From an uncultured Methanosarcinales archaeon (GTDB lineage: Archaea; Nanobdellota; Nanobdellia; Woesearchaeales; CALCXY01): a stretch of 64,000 nt of DNA. Position numbers and translations under genes: made by a program. Numbering within the stretch: position 1 is the first letter of the stretch; the number at the start of each line of letters is the position of its first letter. The notes beneath the pieces are model-generated. The model worked only from the letters and a program-made list of their open reading frames with translations, did not search any database and was not told the DNA's origin. The stretch is taken from NCBI GenBank assembly GCA_964385185.1, contig CAYLOA010000003.1:1-64000 (forward strand). Direction: 5' to 3'. Positions 42,101 through 50,857 of this stretch are shown here, piece by piece.

Positions 42101-42400
42101 ATAGACCACATTCGAATTGTAAGTGGAGGCGTTTTTAGAGGAGACGACCTCTTTCAAACCGTTGTTACTATGAATAATAATGGTGATGTCAATCTTAAAC
42201 GATTACAATTAACAGCATACTTTCCAGCATTTGGGGAGTTAGCTAAGAGTAGACATTTTGATTTAAAGAAAGGGGATAAAATTTCCAGAAAGATTTTTTT
42301 ACAACTTCCAGGGATTGAGCCTGGATTACATACAGTACGATTTACAATAAGCAATGATAAAGTAAGGAGAGTTGTTCATAGGGACATATTGATACAATAG
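39191..42400 (+). CDS. Large secreted surface protein: Ig-like domains plus six 70-aa 8-Cys repeats
   Basis: Signal peptide, TGADG carboxypeptidase-regulatory-like segment, cadherin-like D.DD...VTDPRG, Cys repeats 40829-42078. Confidence 0.88.
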   Translation: MKRLVLLLMGVLLLQVAVAQAAFLEHNTFTDLGSNAPVTNVEGLLYACNDIQECRTVQNGVVFSGNSGSGNQLTIVYPDTPQINYYGEYFYQACRIPMEFLSFSSGSGEISYTTQFEQAADCRSPVDLKVTNTAFVNEPVQIGIDADIATRTTSAFRENQIAPFFIPPNHEDHYSAETQLDVTVKNSVGTTVFSDRVDLNLFMDTQASNNFLWMPLVAGTYTIEAKTTVTDCQCSNNIPQTSNKVITVLPARPLNQCFTILNDLTSDNQFPEEGEQVFYTVEKISNFMDAAGVITPLASNLAINVSKDGQVVQEINLILPANPDGNAKKFSFPITFAQPGQHGIQITGIGASCPGGASANIQDVISKDVVVNPEPKLDLFFTVFDVAGGTVISGATVTISNGVSGVTGADGKLTLQDFSPGQFTYTITHPNFVTVQDDFTISLTDITFNIQMQQVNAIPTLLPISDQMAKVGVPIVLDLDDFANDIDDTQSSLVFTATHDTSIVSVLDPNTHVLTLTATSETSTLVIITVTDPRGAVVTTTFTAMFVSCMSNSDCPVDGVVGNAFCDVNGDAANTFRDHTCSNPATMQATCTFVDTSQVIDACGVGEVCENAVCQSVACSLESQCGIDGFITIDACDANDDVSKIFRDFSCTNAGSANSTCGFVDTRIISSDCGAGQTCENAACANVACSVQTDCGTDGFLGNSFCDTAGGVSDTFRDFTCNLGGSANSTCSSTDTIVQTTICSPGSLCENGACQTVTCTVDSQCGTDTFLGNAFCGTSGNVEDTFRNFSCSNSGTVNSTCGFVDSIETVQICGATTPCFNGSCQTLACIVEADCGVDGFLGNPVCDINGNAADTFRDHTCSNGGTLNATCSFTDALLVSDTCTTTETCIAGVCTGIACTTSADCGTIGVVGSFFCQGRNKVQTSRSFSCSNPGTLGSACSSSDSVVLIEECRNGCSNGACNNKEVEGLRIDHIRIVSGGVFRGDDLFQTVVTMNNNGDVNLKRLQLTAYFPAFGELAKSRHFDLKKGDKISRKIFLQLPGIEPGLHTVRFTISNDKVRRVVHRDILIQ

Positions 42401-42559
42401 TGTACTTTGTCAAGTATACTTTGTATCTTCTAAATGTTTATATATGAATTGTCTTTACTGTAACATAGTTTTATTGAGTAACTACTCAAGAATTAAGATG
42501 AAGGAAAGTTTTAAAAAAAACTTTTTCAAAAAAACACAGATATCGGGGGGTATATACAA

Positions 42560-43849
42560 ATGAACTATAAATTAGGAATAATATTTTTATGCATGGTGAC
42601 TTTATTGGCACTTGGTGCTGTTGCAGTACCACTACCTATTACTTTAAACGAAGTAAAGGTTGATGGATCAGAGCTTACTTCTGGCGCTTCAAATAGGCTA
42701 GATATTGAGCGAGATCAAAGTATACCAGTGAGAGTAGAATTAACATCTACTGCTGACTTAGATGATGTTGAAGTTAGTGTCTTTGTTTCTGGATTTGAAC
42801 ATAATGACAGACAAAGAATTTCAGACTATGCCCCTGTATTTGATATGGATGCAAACACAACATACATCAAGAAATTCGATCTCAGTTTATCAGATCTTAT
42901 TGATGAGGACGATTACAAATTAAGAGTTCTTGTTACTGATCGAGACGGAGACGAATTAATTCAAAATTTCAATTTAAAATTAGATGTTCCACGACACTCA
43001 ACTGTCATCGAGGATGTTATCTTCTCACCAGAAGGTTATGTTAGAGCTGGAAGAGCTTTACTAGCTACTGTGAGAGTTGCAAATCGAGGAGAGAAAGAAG
43101 AAGAAGGAGTTCGTGTACAAGTTAGAATTCCAGACCTTGGAGTAAGTGCTTCAGATTATATTGAAGACCTTGAAGAAGAAGGATCAGGAAATGATGACGA
43201 ACTCACATCAGAAGAATTGTACCTAAGAATCCCACAATGTGCAAAGCCGGGTAGCTACGACGTTGAGATTGAAGTACGATACAACGATGGATTTGACGTA
43301 TCAACTCAAAAATCTGTTATCGAAGTGCTTGCAGATGAAGCATGCCCACAACATAGTGGAAGTACAAGTACCCCTTCAACCCCACAAACTGTTATTAATG
43401 TTGGTTCAGTGAGCCAAGATGTAACTGCTGGTGTTGGTGGAGCTACTTACCCACTTACAATTACTAATGCTGGTTCAAACAGCCGATCCTACACCGTTGG
43501 TGTAAGTGGAGTTGGTAATTGGGCAAGCGCAAGCGTAACTCCCACAAATACTGTTGTTCTTGCAGGCGGAGAAACACAAACAATGTATGTGTTTGTTCAG
43601 GCTACAGATAAAGCAGATGCTGGTCAGAGAATGTTTAGTGTATCAGTTGCTTCCGATGAAAAAGTACTAAAGCAAATTCCATTGAGTGCAAATGTTATAG
43701 GAGACTACTCAGCTGGCGGAGTTAAGAAAGCTTTGGAAATAGGATTGGTAATCTTAGTTGTTCTTTTAGTAATCTTAGGACTTATTATTGGATTTAATAA
43801 GTTAAAAGGTTCCGAAGAGGGTGGCGACGAGAGTCAAACTTATTACTAA
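42560..43849 (+). CDS. Putative S-layer/cell-surface protein (CARDB/NEW3-like Ig domains, C-terminal TM)
   Basis: Signal peptide, V.N.G..EE and YPLTITNAG Ig motifs, C-terminal TM and acidic TYY tail. Confidence 0.8.
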   Translation: MNYKLGIIFLCMVTLLALGAVAVPLPITLNEVKVDGSELTSGASNRLDIERDQSIPVRVELTSTADLDDVEVSVFVSGFEHNDRQRISDYAPVFDMDANTTYIKKFDLSLSDLIDEDDYKLRVLVTDRDGDELIQNFNLKLDVPRHSTVIEDVIFSPEGYVRAGRALLATVRVANRGEKEEEGVRVQVRIPDLGVSASDYIEDLEEEGSGNDDELTSEELYLRIPQCAKPGSYDVEIEVRYNDGFDVSTQKSVIEVLADEACPQHSGSTSTPSTPQTVINVGSVSQDVTAGVGGATYPLTITNAGSNSRSYTVGVSGVGNWASASVTPTNTVVLAGGETQTMYVFVQATDKADAGQRMFSVSVASDEKVLKQIPLSANVIGDYSAGGVKKALEIGLVILVVLLVILGLIIGFNKLKGSEEGGDESQTYY

Positions 43850-43924
43850 TTTTTTTCTCTTTTTCTTAATCTTTTTATATTGTAACATTCCATGGAATGG
43901 CACTAGATGCCTTAGGTAATTAAC

Positions 43925-46891
43925 ATGAAAAAAACACTATCAATAGTATTGGTCTTACTACTCTGCCTTTTTACGGCAAGTGCGTTTGAGGACTTTAGTG
44001 TTGCGACAGAACCTATTGTGAGTGTTTGTGCTTGTACTACTCAAAATATTCCTGTTACTCTTACCAATGCTAACGCATTGGATCAATCTAAGACTTTTAT
44101 TATTGGAGATTCTACTACAGAGAGTATAGAGAGTAGTGGCGTTCCTAGTACCTATTCTATTGCCTATTCTGGCACTGGAGGGGCTTTTGCAACAGCAGTG
44201 CCTCCTGCATTTGGATTATCTAGTGGACAAGCAGGTACATTCAATACCCAAGTAGGTGTTCCTTGTGATGCACAAGGTGTCTATGATTTAGGAACTACCA
44301 TAACTACTGGTCAAGGATTGACTAAATCTTTTAGTCAAACGTTAAGTGTCTCTCAGTGTTCTAATCTAGGAGTCAGTCAAGGAAGTAGCTTATCTAAACA
44401 ATGTCCTTGTACACCTGCTGTATTTACCTTTGCTTTACAAAATGCAGGTACTTTTGTTGAAACGTATGATTTGTTTATAGAATCAGAATTAGCAGAATAT
44501 ATTACTTTGAGTGAACATCCTATTTTACTTTCTCCTGGGCAAACTAAACAAATATCTTTGTTTGTAAATAGTCCTTGTGATTTATTTGGAGTATACGATA
44601 TTGATGTCCTTATTACTGCAAGAAGTAGTGGTCAAGAATTTTGGAAGAATTTTAAGGCAGAATTTGATCAAGCATGTTATGATTATGATATTAGTTTAGG
44701 TGAAGCTCAAGTTCGGAGTGAAAATAACAGTATTCCTTTCGAACCTTTTGCAGGTACGTATGAAATGTGTGAATTAGAAGAAGTGTTAGTTCCTATCAAA
44801 TTATTACACACATCCAATATTTCTAATGCATATGATTTAACATTGGATGCAGAAGAATGGGTTAGTATTAGCAAAGATCATGCAGAGTTGAATAAAAATC
44901 AACAAACTTTTTTTGTGGTAAAATTGATTGCTCCAGAAGGGGTGAGTAATAATGAGACTCAGTTTGTTTTTATTAAAACAGCTTTAGGAGATCTGGAGAA
45001 ACGTGGAGACCTCAAGATTCAGGCAGAATCTTGTTATTTGCCAGATATTGCAGAAGAGGAAGTAACTATTACCAGTGAAGGATTACTTAATGTCTTTACT
45101 TTGGAGAATAAAGGGACCAGAGATGCGGTTTATACAATTTCAATTAAAGGAGAGAGTTGGATTACACCAGAAGTTCCTACACTTACTGTTGGTGCTGGGG
45201 AGACAACTGAATTAAAGATTAAAACTATTCCAGGAGAGGCTGAAGAAGGAGAATATACCGCTACAGTTGTCTTTACTGCAGAGAATGGAGTAAGTTATGA
45301 GCGGCAGATTGAATTTAAGTTAAAGAATGTTACTTATGAAGATTATGTGCCTTACATTATTGCTTTATTATTGTTATTATTACCTATTTTCTTAATTTGG
45401 AAGGATAAACAACCTGCAAAGAGAAAAATTGTGAAGGCAGCTCCTCAGAAAAAGAAGCGTAAAAAACTTCGATGGGGAAGAATTATTTTTATTATCTTAG
45501 TATTACTTATTGGTGCTGGTGCTATTGCCGGTGTTATCCAATTTAAAGATAAAGTGACTGAAAAGTTAGGAGATAATACTTTAGATGTGAGTAAACCTCT
45601 TATTGTTCAACCAGGAGCTATACCTCCTAGTGAAGATAGTGAAGTTATCGAGAAATTAAAATCATTTGAGCCGTTTCCTTACTTTTGGTATACCATTCTT
45701 GGTATACTTGTTGTTGTACTCGTTATTGGTATTAATGAATCTAAACGACGTAAAGGGAAGCCTCCAAAGAAGGAGAAAGTAGTTGAAAAGGTTCCTCCTA
45801 AAGTTTCTGAAGTTAAGGAGATTAAAGAAGTTAAAGTTGAGCCTAAAGTTGTTCCTAAAGTTGTCAAGCCAACAGAGAATGTAGTTAGTGGTGGCATGAT
45901 GCGATTCTGGAAATGGTATTTGTTACTTATTGTGATTATTATAGCAGGATTATTGGCTTATTTATTATGGCCTGGTGTGTATTCATCAGCTATTGCTACT
46001 GTTACTGAGACTGTGAAGGGGATGTTTGCATCTACGGCTGAAGAAGTGGTTGTAGAGCCCGTAAAGGATGGATCGTTTTTGAGTAATCCTCTTTGGGCTA
46101 TTCTATTAGGAGTTGGATTATTAGTTATTTTGATTGTTGTACTTGAATTTTTTAGGAGAAAAAAGCAAGGGAGTTCTGAAAAGAAAGTAGTACCTAAACC
46201 GGTTAAGAAAGTAGCTAAAGTTGAACCACCTAAAGCTAAGGTTGTTAAGAAAGAGCCTAAGAAGGTAGTAAAATCTAGTTCTGAGAAGAAGAACTGGAAA
46301 GTGTTTATTTGGCCATTACTTTTATTGCTTGTTATCTGTGCTGCAATCGTAGGTGTACGTATGACTGGAGAGGCACAACATACTCTCGTGGAGACTACAG
46401 ACGAGCCTGATATTATTAGAGAAGTTAAAACTGATCCTATTGTAAATGCTGAATGTGATAAGAATTTTATTTCAGGTCAGGCACAACAATTAGATTTACA
46501 GAAGAGTTTTCAAGATCCGGATAATGATGAGTTAACATTTAGTGCATCTAATCCTAAGAATTTTGATGTAACTATTGTTAATGGGATTGCAACCCTTACT
46601 CCGGATAAAGGATTTACAGGAGTTGAGCATATTGTCTTTTCAGCAGAAGATACAGAAGGAAATGAGGCAAGTAGTGGTATCCTCACACTTTGTGTAGAAA
46701 AAGGGAAGTTCAATCCATTTGCTGGTTTTTCTTTTGATTTTAAGGGGATTGGTTCTTACTGGGTGTATATTGTCATTGGTTTGGCAATTCTGGGAGTTAT
46801 TATTTTGCTTCACAAAAATAAGAAATCAATTATGAAATTTTTGGAAGAAGAAGATAACGGATCATCCAAAGATACCAAGAATTCTAAGTAG
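43925..46891 (+). CDS. Large surface protein with Ig-like repeats, about 7 TMs separated by Lys-rich loops, and a cadherin-like domain
   Basis: Signal peptide; C.C and PCD repeats; FQDPDNDELTF...TPDKGFTG. Confidence 0.8.
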   Translation: MKKTLSIVLVLLLCLFTASAFEDFSVATEPIVSVCACTTQNIPVTLTNANALDQSKTFIIGDSTTESIESSGVPSTYSIAYSGTGGAFATAVPPAFGLSSGQAGTFNTQVGVPCDAQGVYDLGTTITTGQGLTKSFSQTLSVSQCSNLGVSQGSSLSKQCPCTPAVFTFALQNAGTFVETYDLFIESELAEYITLSEHPILLSPGQTKQISLFVNSPCDLFGVYDIDVLITARSSGQEFWKNFKAEFDQACYDYDISLGEAQVRSENNSIPFEPFAGTYEMCELEEVLVPIKLLHTSNISNAYDLTLDAEEWVSISKDHAELNKNQQTFFVVKLIAPEGVSNNETQFVFIKTALGDLEKRGDLKIQAESCYLPDIAEEEVTITSEGLLNVFTLENKGTRDAVYTISIKGESWITPEVPTLTVGAGETTELKIKTIPGEAEEGEYTATVVFTAENGVSYERQIEFKLKNVTYEDYVPYIIALLLLLLPIFLIWKDKQPAKRKIVKAAPQKKKRKKLRWGRIIFIILVLLIGAGAIAGVIQFKDKVTEKLGDNTLDVSKPLIVQPGAIPPSEDSEVIEKLKSFEPFPYFWYTILGILVVVLVIGINESKRRKGKPPKKEKVVEKVPPKVSEVKEIKEVKVEPKVVPKVVKPTENVVSGGMMRFWKWYLLLIVIIIAGLLAYLLWPGVYSSAIATVTETVKGMFASTAEEVVVEPVKDGSFLSNPLWAILLGVGLLVILIVVLEFFRRKKQGSSEKKVVPKPVKKVAKVEPPKAKVVKKEPKKVVKSSSEKKNWKVFIWPLLLLLVICAAIVGVRMTGEAQHTLVETTDEPDIIREVKTDPIVNAECDKNFISGQAQQLDLQKSFQDPDNDELTFSASNPKNFDVTIVNGIATLTPDKGFTGVEHIVFSAEDTEGNEASSGILTLCVEKGKFNPFAGFSFDFKGIGSYWVYIVIGLAILGVIILLHKNKKSIMKFLEEEDNGSSKDTKNSK

Positions 46892-48022
46892 TTCGAACAA
46901 CATACCTGTACCAGACACTATTATGATTGCTAGTTCGATGAGTTTGTTGTCTTTTATGGTATATTCTGGCTTTCTTTTTCCTTTCGCTTTCGCTTTCCAA
47001 ATCATAGGAACGACTAAGAAACCTACAATACCTCCTGATATGATTCCTGTAATGTCTAAGATTTTGAAGAAGGCATGACTAATATTACTAAAGAAGATTA
47101 CAAATGCTAATGCTAAAGGAATGTAACATGCACAAATATAGGATATTCTTTCTTTCATTTTATAGTCAAACATGAATGTTTCTTTGAGTGCAATTCCTAT
47201 GGAGATGAATGAGGTGGATATGGTTAATAGTCCAAATATGATTCCTAGCACTAGGAATGGATATCCTAGGGCGTCTTTTAGCCCAATGATTGCACCATCT
47301 GATACATTACTTCCTGAGATTCCTAGTACCACATATGCAAAGATGATGTACACTACGATGGGTATCAGTGATCCCCAAATGATTGCAGTTTTCAGTAAGT
47401 TCTTTTGGTTCTTTAGTTCAATTTTCATTTCAGGTATTGCAGCTGTACCTAACAATGCAAACATGATGACACCGAATGGTAAAAAGAGTTGTTCTATATC
47501 TATGGTTGAAAGATTGGCAGGATTTACAGAGGAATGACCAAATATGAGAAATACAACAGTGAGTATTAATACAAGTCCTACAAGAACAAGGACGAGTTCT
47601 TTCATCAATTTAAGGCCTCTTTTTACAATGTAGGAGAGGACGAAGAAAAATATGAGAGAGTAAATGAAGGGTGATCCGCCAAAGGAAGGTTGTAATAGGA
47701 TGTTAAGAAATTGACCCCCTTTCACAATGTATGCCACAATGGCTCCCGTGAGTCCAAATAATAATGCAAAAGACATTAACCATTTTCCAATTTTTCCGAG
47801 ATAGATTTCAGCATATCCTGTTAATTGATGATCTCCTTTTGTTCTTAGGATGATTTCTCCTAGGTAGAGATTTCTGTAGAGGAAGATGATTCCTATTAAG
47901 AGAATATCAATAACTCCAATCCAGAATCCAGATTTAGATAAAGCAAATGGAATTCCTAGAATACCTGCTCCCACAATAAATCCCACCATGGTAAATATTG
48001 CTTGGAATAAGGCTTTTGACAT
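46862..48022 (-). CDS. Aromatic amino acid/HAAAP-type permease
   Basis: VGAGILGIPF, GE, PFGVIMFA, IPE, TSF; about 11 TMs. Confidence 0.88.
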   Translation of the reverse strand: MSKALFQAIFTMVGFIVGAGILGIPFALSKSGFWIGVIDILLIGIIFLYRNLYLGEIILRTKGDHQLTGYAEIYLGKIGKWLMSFALLFGLTGAIVAYIVKGGQFLNILLQPSFGGSPFIYSLIFFFVLSYIVKRGLKLMKELVLVLVGLVLILTVVFLIFGHSSVNPANLSTIDIEQLFLPFGVIMFALLGTAAIPEMKIELKNQKNLLKTAIIWGSLIPIVVYIIFAYVVLGISGSNVSDGAIIGLKDALGYPFLVLGIIFGLLTISTSFISIGIALKETFMFDYKMKERISYICACYIPLALAFVIFFSNISHAFFKILDITGIISGGIVGFLVVPMIWKAKAKGKRKPEYTIKDNKLIELAIIIVSGTGMLFELLRILGIFG

Positions 48023-48093
48023 GACACTTTTTTAGGATGAGTTTATTTAAAGGTTTGTTTCGATTGTATAATATTAATCCAAAAAGAAAATGA

Positions 48094-48210
48094 TGGGGAT
48101 ACTGAGATTTGAACTCAGATCTTAAGCTTTCTTCAAGATAATCATCGACCGTAGTCTCATCTCTCCACTTGCTGGAGGCTCGTATTCTAGCCAGGTTAAA
48201 CTATATCCCC
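48094..48210 (-). tRNA. trnW: tRNA-Trp(CCA) with a 43-nt intron at 37/38 (48171-48129)
   Basis: Acceptor GGGGATA/TATCCCC-A; T-arm CTGAG-TTCAAAT-CTCAG; anticodon loop CT-CCA-G; relaxed bulge-helix-bulge; no encoded CCA end. Confidence 0.93.
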
Positions 48211-48237
48211 ATTGAAGGAATATAGGTGGGAAATCAT

Positions 48238-48582
48238 TTAAAAATCTATCGTGTCACCGATTTCTGTTTGTGAGGTATCTACAATCCCTGCAGGTAATTC
48301 AAGTACATAACATGATGGTTCTGATCTTGCTACGAATGTAAAAGGTTTAAACCTTTTCTTGATTTGTACTACTTGTTTCTCTTTATTGAGCCAGAGTACA
48401 TCTATAGGATAAAATACAAAGAACATATGTAAAGAGATGGATTGTAGTTTTCCAAAGTGAAAAACAAGACCTTTATTTCTGAGTGGAGTAGTGAACATTA
48501 AGCCCCTGCATTGAGTGAACGCACTTTTGCAGTGTTTTACACTCTCAACAAGGTTTTGTTTTTTTGATATGTTAGTAATCAT
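48238..48582 (-). CDS. DUF192-family protein
   Basis: RGLMF, HMFFVFYPIDV.WL, YVLELPAG. Confidence 0.9.
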   Translation of the reverse strand: MITNISKKQNLVESVKHCKSAFTQCRGLMFTTPLRNKGLVFHFGKLQSISLHMFFVFYPIDVLWLNKEKQVVQIKKRFKPFTFVARSEPSCYVLELPAGIVDTSQTEIGDTIDF

Positions 48583-48632
48583 ACTATTGTGATTGCATAA
48601 TGTTTATATAACCTTTATGCAACTCTGCAATT

Positions 48633-49439
48633 ATGGTTAAAGTTGGAATTATTGGTGGAAGTGGATTAGATGATCCAAAGATTTTGAAAGATCCTTCTGA
48701 GAAAGCTGTTGGTACTGATTGGGGAACTCCGAGCAGTCCATTAACTATTGGAAAGATTGAAGGTGTTGATGTTGTGATCTTATCAAGACACGGTAGGAAG
48801 CATCAATACAGTCCAACTCAAGTAAATAATCAGGCAAATATTCAAGCTTTGAAGGATGAAGGGTGTACACATATTCTCGCAACTACAGCATGTGGAAGTT
48901 TAAAGCAAGAGATTGACCGAGGTCATTTTGTAATTCTTGATCAGTTTATTGACTTTACAAAGCATCGTAAGAATTCATTTCATGAGGATTTTGCTGATGG
49001 TATGGTGCATGCTCCTATGGCTGATCCTTTTAATGAAGAATTGAGACAGGCTTTTATTTCTACTGCAAAAGAATTGAGCTTACCTTTACATGAGAAAGGG
49101 ACTGTTGTTACCATTGAAGGTCCAAGATTTAGTACACGAGCTGAGTCACATATGTTTAGGAGTTGGAAAGCAGATGTTATCAATATGAGTACTGCTCCAG
49201 AAGCTGCACTTGCAAATGAAGCAGGGATTCCGTATGCAGCTGTTGCCATGAGTACCGATTATGATTGTTGGAAAGAAGATGAAGAAGCTGTAACGTTTGA
49301 GGAAGTTTTAAAAGTGTTTAAAGCGAATGCTGATAAAGTTAAAGATTTGTTGATTCAGACCATTCCTAAGATTACCAACGGTGATTCTGAAGCTGATGAA
49401 GAAGATGAAGATGACGAAGAAGATGGAGAAGGAGAATAG
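48633..49439 (+). CDS. mtnP: S-methyl-5'-thioadenosine phosphorylase
   Basis: [42 protein letters not shown]. Confidence 0.95.
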   Translation: MVKVGIIGGSGLDDPKILKDPSEKAVGTDWGTPSSPLTIGKIEGVDVVILSRHGRKHQYSPTQVNNQANIQALKDEGCTHILATTACGSLKQEIDRGHFVILDQFIDFTKHRKNSFHEDFADGMVHAPMADPFNEELRQAFISTAKELSLPLHEKGTVVTIEGPRFSTRAESHMFRSWKADVINMSTAPEAALANEAGIPYAAVAMSTDYDCWKEDEEAVTFEEVLKVFKANADKVKDLLIQTIPKITNGDSEADEEDEDDEEDGEGE

Positions 49440-49461
49440 ATGGAGAAGGAGAATAGATGGA
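49421..49461 (+). repeat. 17-bp tandem duplication (2.4 copies) at the mtnP-apt junction
   Basis: AGATGGAGAAGGAGAAT x2 followed by AGATGGA. Confidence 0.9.
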
Positions 49462-49987
49462 ACATATAAAATCTAAGATTAGGACGGTACCTGATTTTCC
49501 AAAAGAAGGAATTATGTTTAGAGATATTACTACCTTATTACAAAGCGGATATGGATTAAAAGATGTTGTTACTGAACTTGTTAAAAGATATAAAGATGCA
49601 GGAGTTACTTCTGTTGCAGGTATTGAAGCTCGAGGATTTATTTTAGGAGGTGTTCTTGCTCATGAATTAGGAGTGGGATTTGTACCTTTACGAAAACCAG
49701 GGAAATTACCCTATAAAACTGAATCTGAAGAGTATGAGTTAGAGTATGGAACCGATACCTTAGAAATTCATATTGATGCTATTGAGAAAGGAGATAAAGT
49801 ATTACTTGTTGATGATTTAGTGGCAACAGGTGGAACTGCTCTTGCTGCATGTAATTTGATTACTAAACTTGGCGGAGAAGTTCTTGAAGTAGCATTAGTA
49901 GTTGATCTACCTGATTTGGGTGGAAAAAAGAAAATTGAAGATAAAGGATTTAAGGTTTTTACACTTGTAGAGTTTGAAGGAGATTAA
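49457..49987 (+). CDS. apt: Adenine phosphoribosyltransferase
   Basis: PDFPKEGIMFRDIT, EARGF, RKPGKLP, LEYG, VDDLVATGGT. Confidence 0.97.
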   Translation: MEHIKSKIRTVPDFPKEGIMFRDITTLLQSGYGLKDVVTELVKRYKDAGVTSVAGIEARGFILGGVLAHELGVGFVPLRKPGKLPYKTESEEYELEYGTDTLEIHIDAIEKGDKVLLVDDLVATGGTALAACNLITKLGGEVLEVALVVDLPDLGGKKKIEDKGFKVFTLVEFEGD

Positions 49988-50055
49988 TTCTTGTTTGATT
50001 TTAACTCTTTCTCTCTCACTAACTCTGAGGCTTTGAAACAACTCTCGAATGTGCC
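49984..50055 (-). pseudogene. Orphan 3' fragment of a second rmlA-like gene
   Basis: Translates GTFESCFKASELVREKELKSNKN*, versus GTFESCFRASELIRKKELSKKIKE* at the end of the adjacent rmlA. Confidence 0.85.
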
Positions 50056-50134
50056 GAGCCGACTAAGTTACTAGTCGACGGCAACGTAGTACAGGGATTT
50101 CACTAAAAAAACGTTCAACCCCTGAAGCTAAAAT

Positions 50135-50857
50135 TTATTCTTTTATTTTCTTAGAAAGTTCTTTTTTCCGTATAAGTTCTGATGCACGGAAACAAGATTC
50201 AAACGTCCCAGCGTCAGTCCAGTATCCAGAAACAGTTCTTCCTTCTAAATTCCCTCTTTTGAGATATTCATTATTCACATCGGTAATCTCTAATTCTCCC
50301 CTACCTGAGGGTTTTATGGTTTTAATAATGTTGAAAACATCTTTATCATATACATACAATCCTGTTACGCAGAGATTAGATTTTGGTTGAGATGGTTTTT
50401 CTTCAATTGAAAGTACTTTGTTAGTATCATCAACTTCTGCAACTCCAAATCGTTCAGGATCTTCAACTTCTTTGAGATGAATTCTCGCTCCTTCTTTGAA
50501 ATCTGAGAAATCAAAGGTATCTTCATAGATATTATCACCTAATATTACAGCTATTTGTTCATTATCTGCAAAGTCTTCTGCTAATGCTAAAGCTGCTGCA
50601 ATTCCTCCAGCTTCTTCTTGCATGGCATATGATAGTTTTACTCCAAATTCTTTTCCTGATCCTAATAGATTTAGGAAATCACCTGCGTGACCCGGTCCAG
50701 AGATGATTAAAATTTCTGTACATCCTGCATCGATTAATGTTTGCAAAGGATAGTAAATCATAGGTTTGTTGTAGACATTTAATAGGTGTTTATTGGTAAC
50801 TTTCGTACATGGCATCATTCTTGTGCCATGTCCTCCTGCACAGATTACTCCTTTCAT
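50135..50857 (-). CDS. rmlA: Glucose-1-phosphate thymidylyltransferase (short form)
   Basis: AGGHGTRM.P, KHLL.VYNKPMIYY, LGDN, EEKP, SGRGELEITD, W.DAGT. Confidence 0.92.
   Translation of the reverse strand: MKGVICAGGHGTRMMPCTKVTNKHLLNVYNKPMIYYPLQTLIDAGCTEILIISGPGHAGDFLNLLGSGKEFGVKLSYAMQEEAGGIAAALALAEDFADNEQIAVILGDNIYEDTFDFSDFKEGARIHLKEVEDPERFGVAEVDDTNKVLSIEEKPSQPKSNLCVTGLYVYDKDVFNIIKTIKPSGRGELEITDVNNEYLKRGNLEGRTVSGYWTDAGTFESCFRASELIRKKELSKKIKE

Noticed and set aside
49984..50210. rmlA end duplication as a DGR TR/VR pair
   Set aside because: Differences are mostly synonymous and involve all bases rather than being adenine-specific; no RT nearby
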